64,000 nucleotides of DNA. Source: Camelus ferus (lineage: Eukaryota). Below the pieces are notes generated by a model. That model had not been told where the DNA came from and ran no database searches. It saw nothing but the letters and a program-made list of their open reading frames with translations. The stretch lies in assembly GCF_009834535.1 (NCBI RefSeq), contig NC_045709.1, forward strand, positions 26,970,001 to 27,034,000, in the 5' to 3' direction. Positions 36,398-48,500 of this stretch are shown in pieces (the first letter of the stretch is position 1; every line of letters begins with the position of its first letter). The position numbers and the translations under genes were made by a program.

Positions 36398-36831
36398 AAG
36401 GTGGTTAATTGTAGGAGTTCACTTGGCCCGGCTGTGGTGCCCAGGTGTTTGGTCAGACGCCCTGAGGATGCTTTGCAGATGTGGTTGACGTCACCTGTGA
36501 GTTACGGTGAGTAAAACAGATCACTCTCCACTGTGCGGGTGGGGCACCTCCAGCCAGTTGATGGCCTTAAGCGCAAACACTGAGGTTTCCCGAAGAAGAA
36601 GGATTTCTGTCATCCACGCCCCCCGGTAGATGAGGCAGCTCCCAGCACACACACATACGGAGACGTTACGCACGTGTGTTAATATCTGTGTCTGTGTCCA
36701 TGCGTGTTAGGAGCTGTGTTGTGTATGTTGCACATGTAACAACATGTGCACTATGTGTGTTAGATATTTAATATAATAATAACATCTATTGCACTACTGG
36801 TTTTGTCTCTTTGGAGACTCTCGTGCAGACA
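36398..36831 (+). mobile_element. MLT2 (ERVL) LTR
   Basis: gtggttaatt...gtgagtaaaacagatcactctcc...actgaggtttcccgaagaagaagg...ctactggttttgtctctttggagact. Confidence 0.85.
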
Positions 36832-37187
36832 CCATCCCTCCTAGTGTTTCACAGGTAGCACCTCCGGGCTTCTCAGCATTAGGACTATAATATGAGAAAA
36901 CGGCAGAGCACAAACTGCATGAAACTGTGAGGAAGCAGACAGTGGGTTTCACGACGTAGCCCTGTATCTCGTCAGCCCCTTTAACCTTACAAGGGTTCAC
37001 CCGTGGCACCAGGCCTGGCCCCCGATGTGTCTCTCCCATGCAAAGCCTCGTCTTCATCTTTACGTCCCATGACTGTCACCTAGTCTAATTAACCCACCCC
37101 TTAACACAGCCAGACCTGGGCTGAGTCTCCACCTGGATCCCTGCATGACTGGACAGTCTCCCAGTGCTGCGCCTGACTCTCAGCCAT

Positions 37188-37688
37188 TGTGTCCATCAGA
37201 TTCCGCAGAGAAACAGAATCTAGAGGAGATACAGAGATGTAGAGGCAGCTAGAGACAGCGATAGAGACGAAGGACGGACGCAGACAGAGAGAGATGGACA
37301 GACAGACGTAGCTGTGCAGGGAGCTCCCAGCATAGGCAGGTGTGGATTTAGACATAGATGTGGATGAAGGTAGACAGAGATTTATTTTAAGGAATGGGCT
37401 TACTCGATTGTGAGGGCTGGCGAGCCCGAAATCCACAGAGCCAACAGCAGGCTGCAGACCCAAGCAGGAGTTGGTGCTGTATCTCGAGGCAGGACAGCCT
37501 CAGTGTTTGCTCTTAGGGCCTTCAGCAGATTGGATGAGGCCCACCCGCATTCTGTGCTGCACTGAATTCAGCTGATTGTAGATTTTAGCCGCATCTACAG
37601 AGTATCTCCCCAACAACACCTGATCTAATGTTTGATGGAATAACCGAGAGCCAGAGTCCGGCCAAGGCAACAAAGGAGACTGGCATCA
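37188..37688 (-). mobile_element. MLT2 (ERVL) LTR
   Basis: cagagaaacagaatc...atttattttaaggaatggg...gattggatgaggcccacc. Confidence 0.85.
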
Positions 37689-38559
37689 TGGCATGACTTA
37701 GAAGCCCTGCCACTTGGCACCCTGGAGGGGTCCCTTCCGAGGAGAGCTTGGTGGCGTCTGTCCGCTGTCTGTGGGCACCGAGGCCCTCACCGCCTTGGCT
37801 GGATCCAGCTGGCTGTCTCCAGGGTGAACGCGTGCCTACTGCCCAGACTGGAACGCTCCTGAGACGGACGCTGTTGACGATTCCACGAGGCCTAATTTAG
37901 GGCACGTGTCCTGCCTCCGCATCGCAGCAAAGCTGCGCGAGCCCTTTGTGTCTCCTTTGCCAGAGCTTCCTCTTAAGGCTCCTCGACTGCAAAGTCTCCC
38001 GGAGGAGAAGGCAGACATTTCACATGGCTCCACCGAATGCCCTCTGGCGCCTCACTGCCACCCACTCTGCCACGCACGCTGATGATTTCTGGTCACCCAC
38101 TTTGTTAAGAGACGTCTTTGTGGCTCCTTAAATTGCTACCATGATCCAGGAACCAACTGCAGACTGTGGCTTTGAAAAGCTCGCTCCAGGTCGCTGTGGG
38201 CCGCCAGCACCGCCCGCGCTGTCCCGCCGTCTCTGCCTCCAAGCACGCTCTCCTCTCGCGTCCTTCACTCCTTCTGAGGAACAGAGACCCCCACGTTCAC
38301 CCCCAGGTTCCCTACCCTGCCTCCCACCCTGCGATGGACCTCACAGCCCGGATTAGTCTGTGCCGGGGTCTCCCCCCGCAGGGGCACATACTCAAGGCTT
38401 CTTAAGTCCGTAACCTTTTTTTTTTTTTAAGAAGAAAGATTTAAAAAGTGACATGACAGCTGTAGACAATCTGTAAAACACAGATCCGGCTTGTCACTTT
38501 CTTTTTTGTGCTACTTTTGCCAGGTCTGGGGCCAGAATTTGTGCCGCTTTGTGAACCTT

Positions 38560-39004
38560 GCCCCTGTATCCACACCTGGCACTGCTGGGATTTGAGGTGC
38601 ACCTTTGTTGCACGTGGGGGGCGGGGCTGCTCGCCCGGCCCTGGACACTGGGTGTGACCACGTGACTTGCTCTGGCAAATGGGGTGTTGCAGGAGGCAAC
38701 GCCTGCAGAGGCCTGAGAGGCCCTTTGTGCTGGTGCCTGGCCTCTGCTTCTTGGCCGTCACCAAGAGGAGCCGTCCAGGCAGGCTGCTGGTGCAGGAGGA
38801 TGAGGACGCGGGTGTGGAGGGAACTCTGGGTGACTGCACACTCCAGACCCCACAGCCAGCTGAGCCCCAGGCCCAGGGAGCCCGGCCAGGGTCGGAGGAA
38901 ACGTCTCCCCTAAACACCCCAACTTGGACCATACGCTAAGGAAAGGCTGAGCTTCGGGGAGGCTTGTTACACAGCATCATTATGGCCGGAGGTGACTGGT
39001 TCAA
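38560..39004 (+). mobile_element. MLT1 (H/I-like) LTR
   Basis: gaccacgtgacttgctctggcaaatgggg...ttgttacacagcatcattatggcc...gactggttca. Confidence 0.7.
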
Positions 39005-39199
39005 CAGAGAAGGCAGTATATTTACATTTCAAATGAGCACCCAGACCATCCGAATGTACGTGGTTTGTTGGCTAGAATTTGTCTTGATGATACACTATGA
39101 GCTAAGCAGACATCTGATCCCACGTTCTTAAACGTTTCTTTCTTTTTTCTTTTTCTCTAAACCAAGAATGGATATTGTCATTATTTTCAGATACCTTTT

Positions 39200-42100
39200 T
39201 TGGGGGCAATTTTAAAGATGATCACATGTTTTTTTTTAAAAAAAAATCTAGTTAATGGGATATATTATATTAAAATCTCCCTGTGCTCCAAGAACAATCT
39301 TACTTGATCATGAACTATTATCATTTTAATACAGACTTGGTCTGAAACTGCTAGTGTTTTCCTTAGAATTTTAATAAGCCTATTCATAGCCTGTCATTTT
39401 CCTTTTGGTGCCACTTTTATCAGGTTCTGGGACCAGAACTGTGCTGGCTTTGTGAATTGCACTAGAAGTTTCCTGTAGTTTCCTCTGTGCTGGAGCAGTT
39501 TACATAGCTTGGTAATTATCTGCTCCTTGAAAGCTGGAAAGAGCTTAGCCCCCAAAGCCTGGGCTTGGCACCATTTTGGGAGTAATATTTTGATAATCCT
39601 TCAATTTTTTCCACAATCATTACACATTTGGATGGTATACTTCATCTTCAGAAGATTTTGGGAAATTACCATTTCTCTGAAAAAAATCATCCATTTCTGC
39701 AAGATTTCCAAATATATTATCCTGGAGTTAACCAACCATCTTAAGTATAAGAGGGTTGACCACATTATTAATTTAATCTTATATCTAGCTGTTTCCTCAC
39801 CCTTTATTTGTATATGTGTATTTTCTCATTTTTCTAGAAGAAATGGCCAGATGTTTGGCATTTTAATTAGTTTTTCCCCTCCAAGTATAAGCTTTTGAAT
39901 GTGTATATCAAATCTGGTTTTCTTCTATTTTTGCTATAATTTTCTTTTTAAAAAATTACTTCCTTCCTCCTGCCTTGTTTTTCTTATATTAACTTCCTGG
40001 ACTGAATGTTTTCTTTTATTTTCATTTCTCCTTGTTTAATAATAAAAGCTTTTATGGATATAAATCTGTCTTTGAACACAGCTTAATTTTATTTCCCTGT
40101 GGTCAGAGTATTTGGCAGGCGCGATTTCTGCCTTTTGAAATTCAGCAAGCTTTTATGTGCGGTCTCACGCATACTCAATTTTTGTAAATATTCTGTACGA
40201 CCCTGAAAAAGAATATACATTTTTCTACAGGGAACAAAATTAGAAATGCATTATTGCAGTTACCCTTATGACATCACTCAGGCACTCTGCGCGGTTATTT
40301 TAGTTTCTCATTCTTGATCTGTTGAAAACTGGAGAGGTTTTCTGATAGTAAAATATTTACTTTATTGAGTAAAAATACATTTTAAAAAATTTATACACAG
40401 GCAAATAAAAATTTCCTTTCATCTTTTCTTTCTCCATTCCCTCAGCCCCGTCACCAAAAATAGAGTAAAATAAAATAAAATAAAATAAAACAAAACAAAA
40501 CTACCATAGGCAATCAGCATTATTGCTTTCTGAATATCCTTTCAGAATTTATGTAAATCAAGAAAATGCAAATATACATCTTTTATTTTCCCATCTTCAT
40601 GTTTCATGTTTATGCTGAACTGTTTTAAAGTAAATCACAGGCATCTTGACACCACCATAAAATACTTCCAAATCATCTAAAAAACTAGAGGATCTCATCA
40701 GGTAGCCGATGTAGCAATATTCCAACTAAAAATTAGTGATAACTTTTAATGTTTTCTCATACTGAGCACATAAGCAAAGTTTCCAAATTTGTTCTGTCCA
40801 CAGCAGCATGTTTCCTTTACATCTGGTTATTTCATCTTAAGTCTTCTGTTTTTCCAACATTTCATGATATTTTTTCAAGTACCCAGAAAAGTGAAAAGAA
40901 ATGCGATCCGTTGTTGCAGACACAAACCAGGAAGGCTCAGGCAAATGGGGACAAGCTGTCACCGTGTCCAGCAACTGAATCTAACAGTGGCAAATATGGT
41001 CTCTTGCTCCCTCTCCACAATGACTTCATTTATATTTATTAAACCAGTGTTTCCAGACAGTTTCATTCACTCTGATTCACGAAGCTCTCACTCTTCCACA
41101 TTCGGCCAGCGGTCATCCCTTCAAGCCTGGCCCCTGTATCTTCAGCATCCCCTCCCTTAATCCGAGTGCTTTCTGGATCTCCAGTGTGACGGTGTTTGGG
41201 GATGGGTGGATTGTGCCCCTGGTCCTGAGAGCAGCCCTGATGGCTTTTATTTGGGAACGTATCTTAGAAACCAAGATCTCTGTACCAGGGGGTTCACTGG
41301 TCCTAGAAGCCAGTGCTTCTGGGCTGTTTCAGTGAACAGTCTAAAGGGTATTGGAATGGCCAGTACTTTGAAGTTTAGGTAGAATCTTCCTGCAAACCAT
41401 CATCCAGGCCTGACGTTTTAGGGATGGGATTTTTCTTTTTTCTTCTATGAAACTTGCTCTGCTTGGACTTCTCAGTAAATTATCCAGCTGTAAAAATTTT
41501 TAAAAATATGTTTGCACAGAGCAACAAATAGTTTCTTTTGATTTTTAAAAAACGTCCTCTGTTTTAAAGATTTTCTTCTCAGTCATCTTTAACTTTGTAT
41601 TTATACTTACATCACATCCTCTTCCTTTATTGTATTTTCCTTTAGATTTTTTTCCAAAATGTTTTCTAATTTCCCTTGAGACTTCCTCCATAACCCAAGG
41701 GTCTAAAAGGGTGATGCTAAATTTTCTAATATTTGGTCATTTTCAAAGGATCTTTCTGTTGTTGATTTATAGTTCTGTATGGCCAGAGAAATTACTCTGT
41801 ATGATTTAAATTCTTTTAATCTTGTTAAGGTTTGTTTTATGGCCCAGAATATAGTCTATTTTGACGAACATCCTATGTGCACTTGAAAAGAACTTGCATT
41901 TTGCTTTTTAAATGGAGAGTCTATGCTGTCAGTGAGGTACAGTTGTTCAGCGATGCTGTTCGGGTCTTTGATTTCCTTGCTAATTTTCTATCTACTTGTT
42001 TGATCAATCGCTGCAAGAGAAATGCGGACATCTCAAAGTGTAATTGTGGCTTTGCCCATGTTTTTCAGTTGTTTTTCCTTCATGGAATACAGAGCTTTGT

Positions 42101-44580
42101 TGGTAGACACATGTGCACTTAGGAGCGCTAGCTCTTTTTGATTAATTGACCTTTTTCTAATTTTGATATGCCTGTCTTTATCCTTAATAGTTTTCCTTGG
42201 TCTGAAGTCCCCTTTTCCTGGTATTACTATGGGCACTCGAGGGTTCCTGATTAATGTTTACTTGGTGTATTGTTTTGCTATCTTTTCACTTCTGATTTCT
42301 CTACATAATTATATCTGAGGTAGGGTTCTTGTGACTAGCATATAGCTAGCGTTTTAAAAAAATTCGATGTGTCAGTTTCCTCTAATTAGTGCTATTGTAG
42401 GCCATTTATGTTTAATGGAATTACTGAAATGGTTAGGTTTATGTTTCCAATTTCATCGCTCATATTGTCCCAGATTTGACATTTGGGAATTTTCAAATTG
42501 GCTGCTGTGTTCCTGGCACATCACCATCATTCGGGGGCACTTCCTTACTTTCTGCCAGAACCACGAGATGTTCCGGGCTCATTTTATGCCTTCTTTGCCC
42601 GCCGTGCAGAGCAGCTATGTGTCTAAAGAGCCATAGTTGTCGCTGGAAAATGATATTTAGGAACCAAGATATGAGTGCCAGCTGAGCTAGCGTGCTCAGT
42701 GCTATGTTAGTTTATTCATTGTTTCTAGGCCTTCTTCATGGGCAGATGAAGAAAATATATGTATACAAGTGTACATAAATACATCTATACATGTCAATGT
42801 CTAGCTCTCTGTGTTTCGTTCATTAGCCCGCACCTTTGATTCCAGTTCGACATCCCTCCCTTCCTTCACTGGTAACTTCTTATCCTGACAAAGAGAGTCC
42901 TGGATGTTATTACCTAAATCTGTTTACTCAGTTTTTCAGTCTTGGAACACACAAAATCTGGTTCTATCCCACACTCCTATGGAAAACAAATTTACTAACT
43001 AGAGTACAATATCTGTATGCTGTTCTGTTTGCCTCAATCTTAAAGCCCCTCTCATTTTTATTAATATATCTGCCCTGTTCATAGCCAACTCTCTGGTGTG
43101 TGTCAGTCATCCGTCTACCATGGCTCTGCTCCAAAGGGGTGGCTTTCCTACTAGCGCAGCCCCGTCTTCTTTAATTGGGAGGAGAATTTATGTTTGGATA
43201 ATATGAAATAGACCTTTTCTAGAAATGATGGACTAAGATGGTTCAAGTTCCAGAAGGCATTGGTCCAGCGGCCCTTCCAGACTCAGCACCTGTCTCTGCC
43301 AGCTTCGCATTCTACACGGCAAGTGCCGTCCAGAGGCCGTCTGCCCGACTGGAAGCAACTGGATAAGCATGGATGTCGCGGGAGGGGAGGGTCAAAATGG
43401 TCCTCGATGCTGCAGAAAGAAGCTCCTTGTGGTGGGGACGTTCTTCCCTACTAGGTACGCGAGGGAGGGCGGGAAGGAGCGGCCTTGCTTCATTTCCTTG
43501 AGCATGATCAAGTTATTCTCGTCTGTCCTCGTTTAGCTTTGGATTCTTAGAAATTACACCTCTGGTCTGGCAGAATGTGTCATTTCTGTATCCCATTTCT
43601 TTTGAAATCTTTGTTTGTTTCTTTGTATTTCAGTGAATTTGAAGACATTTGAGGAAAGTTTCTCATAAATGTTAGTTTGGTCATAATATTTGTGGCACCA
43701 TTTTATTTTTAAGGGGCCACCATCTTACTCTGATCCTAGAAAGTTCCTGTTTGGTTTCTAATTGGTAACCTTCTGAACAGTCTAGAAGATACACAGCCTT
43801 ACAGTTTCGGTCTCTTTCTGGAGGAGGAAGATTACTTTGCTACTCTCTTTTGGGGACGTTTAGAGCCACACCGTTTACCGGGGACGTGGAGCTGGCCTAC
43901 GTTATTGGCTGTCATCTACCAGTTATTCCTGGTCTTGTTGAAACTGAATATCCAAGAACGGATGCTTTTAACACTCCCATAAGCATTTAATGCTGAAAAC
44001 TCTGTGTCATTTGTTTTATGGGGTCTTTCCATGAAATTAGAGTATATTTCTATCCACTGCACAGACAATGGGGAGTTTCCCAACCTCAGGGTCCCTGTAT
44101 TATCATAGATGTGTTTAACTGAGAGAGACATTAGCCTGACTTCCAACTTAACTTTTTGTTTTAAGACAAAAACAGAACTGAATGCAGATGATGTTATTAA
44201 GTAGAGGAGATAATAATTGCATGGAGTGGGATTTAAATAAATACTAGTGCAAATTTGATGAACTTTAGCAACTACTTTTAATGACTATTAGTTATGACTT
44301 ACTATCACCTGAAATTTGTTTCTCAACTTGAGAAGAGTAAATTTTTCTAATGTGTTACTTTAATTTGTTCTCAAACACACAGAAAATTTGAAAGAATTTT
44401 ACAGTGAACACCTGTATACCCAGCTCCCAGTTGCCACCATTGACCCTTTGCTATACCTGTCTTATCATATCTACTGATCTATCTGCTCATCAGCGTTTAT
44501 TCTTTTAAATGAATTCTTAACTTGGAGTTAGACTTTATATTGAATGATCCTTGGACTTCAGGTAAACTTGAGATCAATGT
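39200..44580 (-). mobile_element. Nested cluster of ancient L1M/L1MC fragments (ORF2, endonuclease domain, ORF1, L1MC4/5-type 3' ends)
   Basis: AT-rich. ORF 42033-42236(-) DFRPRKTIKDKDRHIKIRKRSINQKELALLSAHVSTNKA aligns by eye to the L1 endonuclease motif DFKxKxITRDKEGHYIMIKGSIxQEDITILNIYAPN. L1MC4-like 3' pieces at ~40650-41350, ~42470-43080 and ~44340-44500. Confidence 0.7.
40464..40501. repeat. (TAAAA)n/(CAAAA)n microsatellite
   Basis: Directly visible. Confidence 0.9.
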
Positions 44581-44589
44581 TCCTTGAAT

Positions 44590-45545
44590 AACATTTGCCT
44601 GCAGCTTCTAACTCGGAGCCAAGTGGGCACCCCAGGCCCACTCACTACACATCGCAGCACAGCACTGGATCGGAGGCAGCCATGAGCAGGGAGGACGCCA
44701 CCGTGGGAGGCAGAGGGGACTGGGTCCTGGGGCGGAGCCTGGGTCGGGGGACAACCATTGTTGGCATCTACTCAAGCAACAGCTCCGAAGCTGCCCGGAT
44801 CTCTGACAGTTGCCACTCCACCACAGCTCACTCCCAGGCCACCCCAAGAGTCCACGTGGGCCACGCCAGCTCTGCACTGTGATTCCACAACAGGGCAGGG
44901 GTGGCAGAGGCTGAAGGCAGCCATCAGCCACGAGGGAAAAGGAGAGTCGCACCCACAGGCGGCCTGTGGGAGAAAGCTGGGACCTCTGCCCACAGCGGGC
45001 ACACACCAGGAGCCCCCATGGGCCCCACTGTCTCAGCATACCGCCCCCAGAGCAAGGGTCCTGGCGCTGAAAAGGAGCAGCGCCAACCCGGGCCGACCCT
45101 CAGGGCTTCTGCTCCAGCAGCTTGAGATCAGACTGCGCCCCCAGTAGGACAGGTATGGCCCCTGAGCTGAGGGGACGCCCCGCCTCCTGCCAAGGTGACA
45201 GCTGGCAGCACGCCCCGAGGAGAGCCACGCGCCGCGTCCACGTCAGAGCCAGCCCTCCCACGGCCCGCACAGGGCGCCCGCACGGAAGGCCGCGGTCCGT
45301 GACGGCTCCGCCTGAGCTGGCAGAGGTTGAGGAAGGCCAACAGAATGAAAAGGCAGAGGAACGGCTCTCAAATGAAGGAATGAGAGAAAACCCCTGAAAA
45401 AATAAATACTGAATCAGAAATAAACAATCACCAGATAAACAGTTCAAGGCATTGGTGATCAAAATGTGAAGTGAATCAGGGAAAAGAGTAGATGTACACA
45501 CTGAACATTTTAACAAGGAACTAGATTATGTTTTTAAAAGACCTA
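44590..45545 (+). mobile_element. L1 5'UTR plus start of ORF1, 3'-truncated
   Basis: ~750 bp GC/CpG-rich leader, then atgaaaaggcagaggaac...aaacagttcaaggcattggtgatcaaaatg, a decayed L1 ORF1p N-terminus (MKRQRN.SQMKE..KTPE...DKxFKALVIKM). No ORF2 or poly(A) follows. Confidence 0.7.
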
Positions 45546-48500
45546 ATCATAAAGGAAGAATTCCAGATGGGCCCGGGGATGGGGCGGCACAGCCATCTGC
45601 TCAGAGGTCCCACTCCGGGTGGCAGCGTCGGTGGGACCTTCCTCCAGGTTGTCCTGACGCTGCCGTCACCAGAAGTCCTTCTCAGGTGACCTGAAAGGCA
45701 GAGACATGAGGGAAACATCCAGGGTGTGTGTGACTGTAGCCAGTTGGAAAGGGACACTCTTTTTGACACTTCATGGAGCGAATGCTCGTTGACCTCACAG
45801 TGGCCATTCTCTCTCTCCTAAGAAGTTGGGCACCTCGATGCTCTCAGACGACACAGCTGCCGACGTCAGGCTTCAGGGACCCGTGGTTATTTCCGCAGTC
45901 TGCTTCCCTGGTACCTGAGTGAGGCCGAGCAGCCCTTAATTCTGGGATTTCCCTTTGGTTTCCTATAAACACAGAGGCGTATGGGGACTCCGTGTTACCC
46001 ACTTTCCAGCTGTCCTTTTGAGAGGTGGCAATGCCTCGATCTGAGAGCACTGTTTGGGTTGTTAACACCGGTAAAAACTAACTTCTAAGGTGAGTGGCTT
46101 GAACACACAGCCGGGAGCTTGCTTCCTGGGTGCACGTACGGCAGCGCCAGGTGGTCCGCACCCGGCTTTGCGCCAGCCCTCCTCCCGTGGCGCCACGCGG
46201 GCGTCTGTGTCCCTGTCTGCACCGGAGAGCTCCGCAGCGGCCCAGTCCCGATGGGCGTATGATGGGCATGCACAGCACGTTGTCTGGTTCGCCTTCTCCA
46301 GTCCTCCCAGGTCGCCTCCTCGTCATTGAAACAATTCTGAATTAAGACGAGAGCGTTATTCATCGACACCTTGTTCAGGTGACGCCCCATGTGTTTTCCA
46401 CTAATGGGATGGATGAAGCTTCCAGTGTGGAGCAGTGGGCACCTGGCTGTGGCAGGTGGGTTATGGGTGTTAAGACGGCCCCTGCACCAACACCTGTCTC
46501 CTCTGCGCACCTAAGTCTACTCCCCACAGGCGTGTTTCTTTGCGTTACAGAGATGTTTACTAAAATGCACATTTAGTAAGAAGGCAAGCAGCTTCACCTG
46601 CAGTGATCAGCAGCCTTCCGGATGTTGGCTCGGTGTCCTCTGAAGGCAAGGTGGCCGTGTCGGGGGGGACTATGTTGGTGGCAGAGCACCTGTAGGCAGA
46701 CAAACCTGGAAACTGAAAGGGAAGGGCTGTGGCATGAGGGTCTGGAGTGTCACATGCTACAGGGGTACAAATCCAACCCCTGAGGCCCATAGGAGAAAGC
46801 AAATGTCTTTCCTAAGCCCTGCAGCAGGGTGCATCTTAGGACACGCACAGGCCCCTCGGAGAGTCTTGGGTTCGCCGCTCCACACCCCCTTCAGTCATAG
46901 GTGCCCCCGCGATGAGCCAGCACACGGGGACACAAGAGAACACGCGCACGTTCCTTCTCATCTTTTCCACGCTGAATGTGATGCTGATCTGCCGAGTGAC
47001 CACACCCAGTGGGCGCGCCGTGTACCAGCCCCTGTGCCAAATCCAAGGTACGGAGTCTCTGTTTTCTCCTTCTTCAAGTCAGCCTGAAAGGCGAGAAGCA
47101 AATGTGATTCATTTCATTCATGTTTATCGCATTATGTCAACACAAAAATTCTGGCAACACATGAAAATAATGCATCTGTGACCTCGGTTCCTCTGAATGT
47201 GAGGGACTTGGCTAAAGCAGCTCAAAGCGACTTATGCTTCAGGAAGGAGGAGGACATGTCTGCTCGTCAAATGTGCATTCTTTTCGCTTACAATACATAA
47301 AGCACGAGTTCTTGCCCTTGAAAGAAGAATCAGCAAGAGGTCACTTCGTTCCTGCTGATTCGGGGCTGGTCTGGGCAGGGAGGTCGGGACAATAATCTCG
47401 GAAAGAGTGGGCTCTTTGATGTGACGCTGAGGGGGTGGGGTGGTGTCACCAGCCCACACAGAGAGGTGGCCCTAGTGTCTCATGTCACTGGGGCTGGGGG
47501 CTGGGTCCCCTGCCAGCACAGGGCCTGCCCCGAAGGGCGGTTGGCCTTGCCAGTCTCTTGAGAAGCTTTGCTGAGACATGCTCGTTGGTTCAAGAATTTA
47601 GTTTAAGTCATGTCTGCTTGGAGCATCCGTCCTCTACCTCCTGTTCGCTGTCTCTGTAAACTCGGTGTCTGCGCACGCGGAGCAATGGTCGTCTCCCAGC
47701 GTCTACATCCAGTGCTCCATCCGGAGGACTGTCCCCTCCTTGGTGCTGACTAGCGGGCAGGACAGCAAAGCAGTGCCACGTACAAGTGCGTTCCTCTCCC
47801 CCGCCGCGCACCATGCTCCTTACGCAGGGGACAAAATACTGAGCGTGCAGGCAAATGATTTCTTACACACTTGACTTACATTTGAAGCACAAGGGAGGAA
47901 CTCACATTTTAAAGGTGGACCATGGGGAGCCCTTGGAATCCGTATTTGCCTTTCTCCGGTTGTAGGGGCTTCGCGATAAGAGGTTTAACAGATTTAATTC
48001 AGTTACTTTGAGGTGCCACCTGCAGCCCTGCCGTCTTAGGTGTTATGCAAATACTGTTAATTACAAGCCCAAAGTTAGGATGTTCGGGGGAACAATGTAG
48101 GAAGCTGATTAACACCACTCACTATTTGCCACCGGAGGTTTGCCGGGAGCAAAACCAGCACCCTAGCTTGGCAATTCCAAGTTCCCTAACTCAGCGACAC
48201 AGTACTGCCTGCGTGAGGCCCAGTGTCTCTAAGAAGCAAATAAGGAGCAAACCCGGAGGCATCTCGAGTGATAGAGAAGCTTACACCTCACGCTTCCTGG
48301 GGGCGGCGCGCACACGCGGGTGGTGGAGTTGGTGATGGGAGCTGCTCTAGTTCGCATCAGAGGCGCTGGCGGAACTGGTCCCGTGAAGCTGGACGTGACC
48401 GCACTGGTATTCCCACCCGTACCAGGAACGCCAACCCCGTTCCTTCTGGGGTGTTTTAAAGACCACACTTCTAATCATAAGGCCGTGTGCACCGGCGCCT

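Noticed and set aside
8438-44588. Multiple TTCN3GAA (GAS) sites
   Set aside because: About 16 are expected by chance in 64 kb; the observed number is not above that.
769-45953. NF-kB sites GGGATTTCCC at 769 and 45944
   Set aside because: The degenerate NF-kB consensus is expected several times by chance; no clustering.
46301-46348. VLIQNCFNDEEATWED resembling a Ty3/Gypsy chromodomain motif
   Set aside because: Lacks the conserved Trp after VLIQ, has no flanking integrase similarity and is short. An HMM search against PF00385 would settle it.
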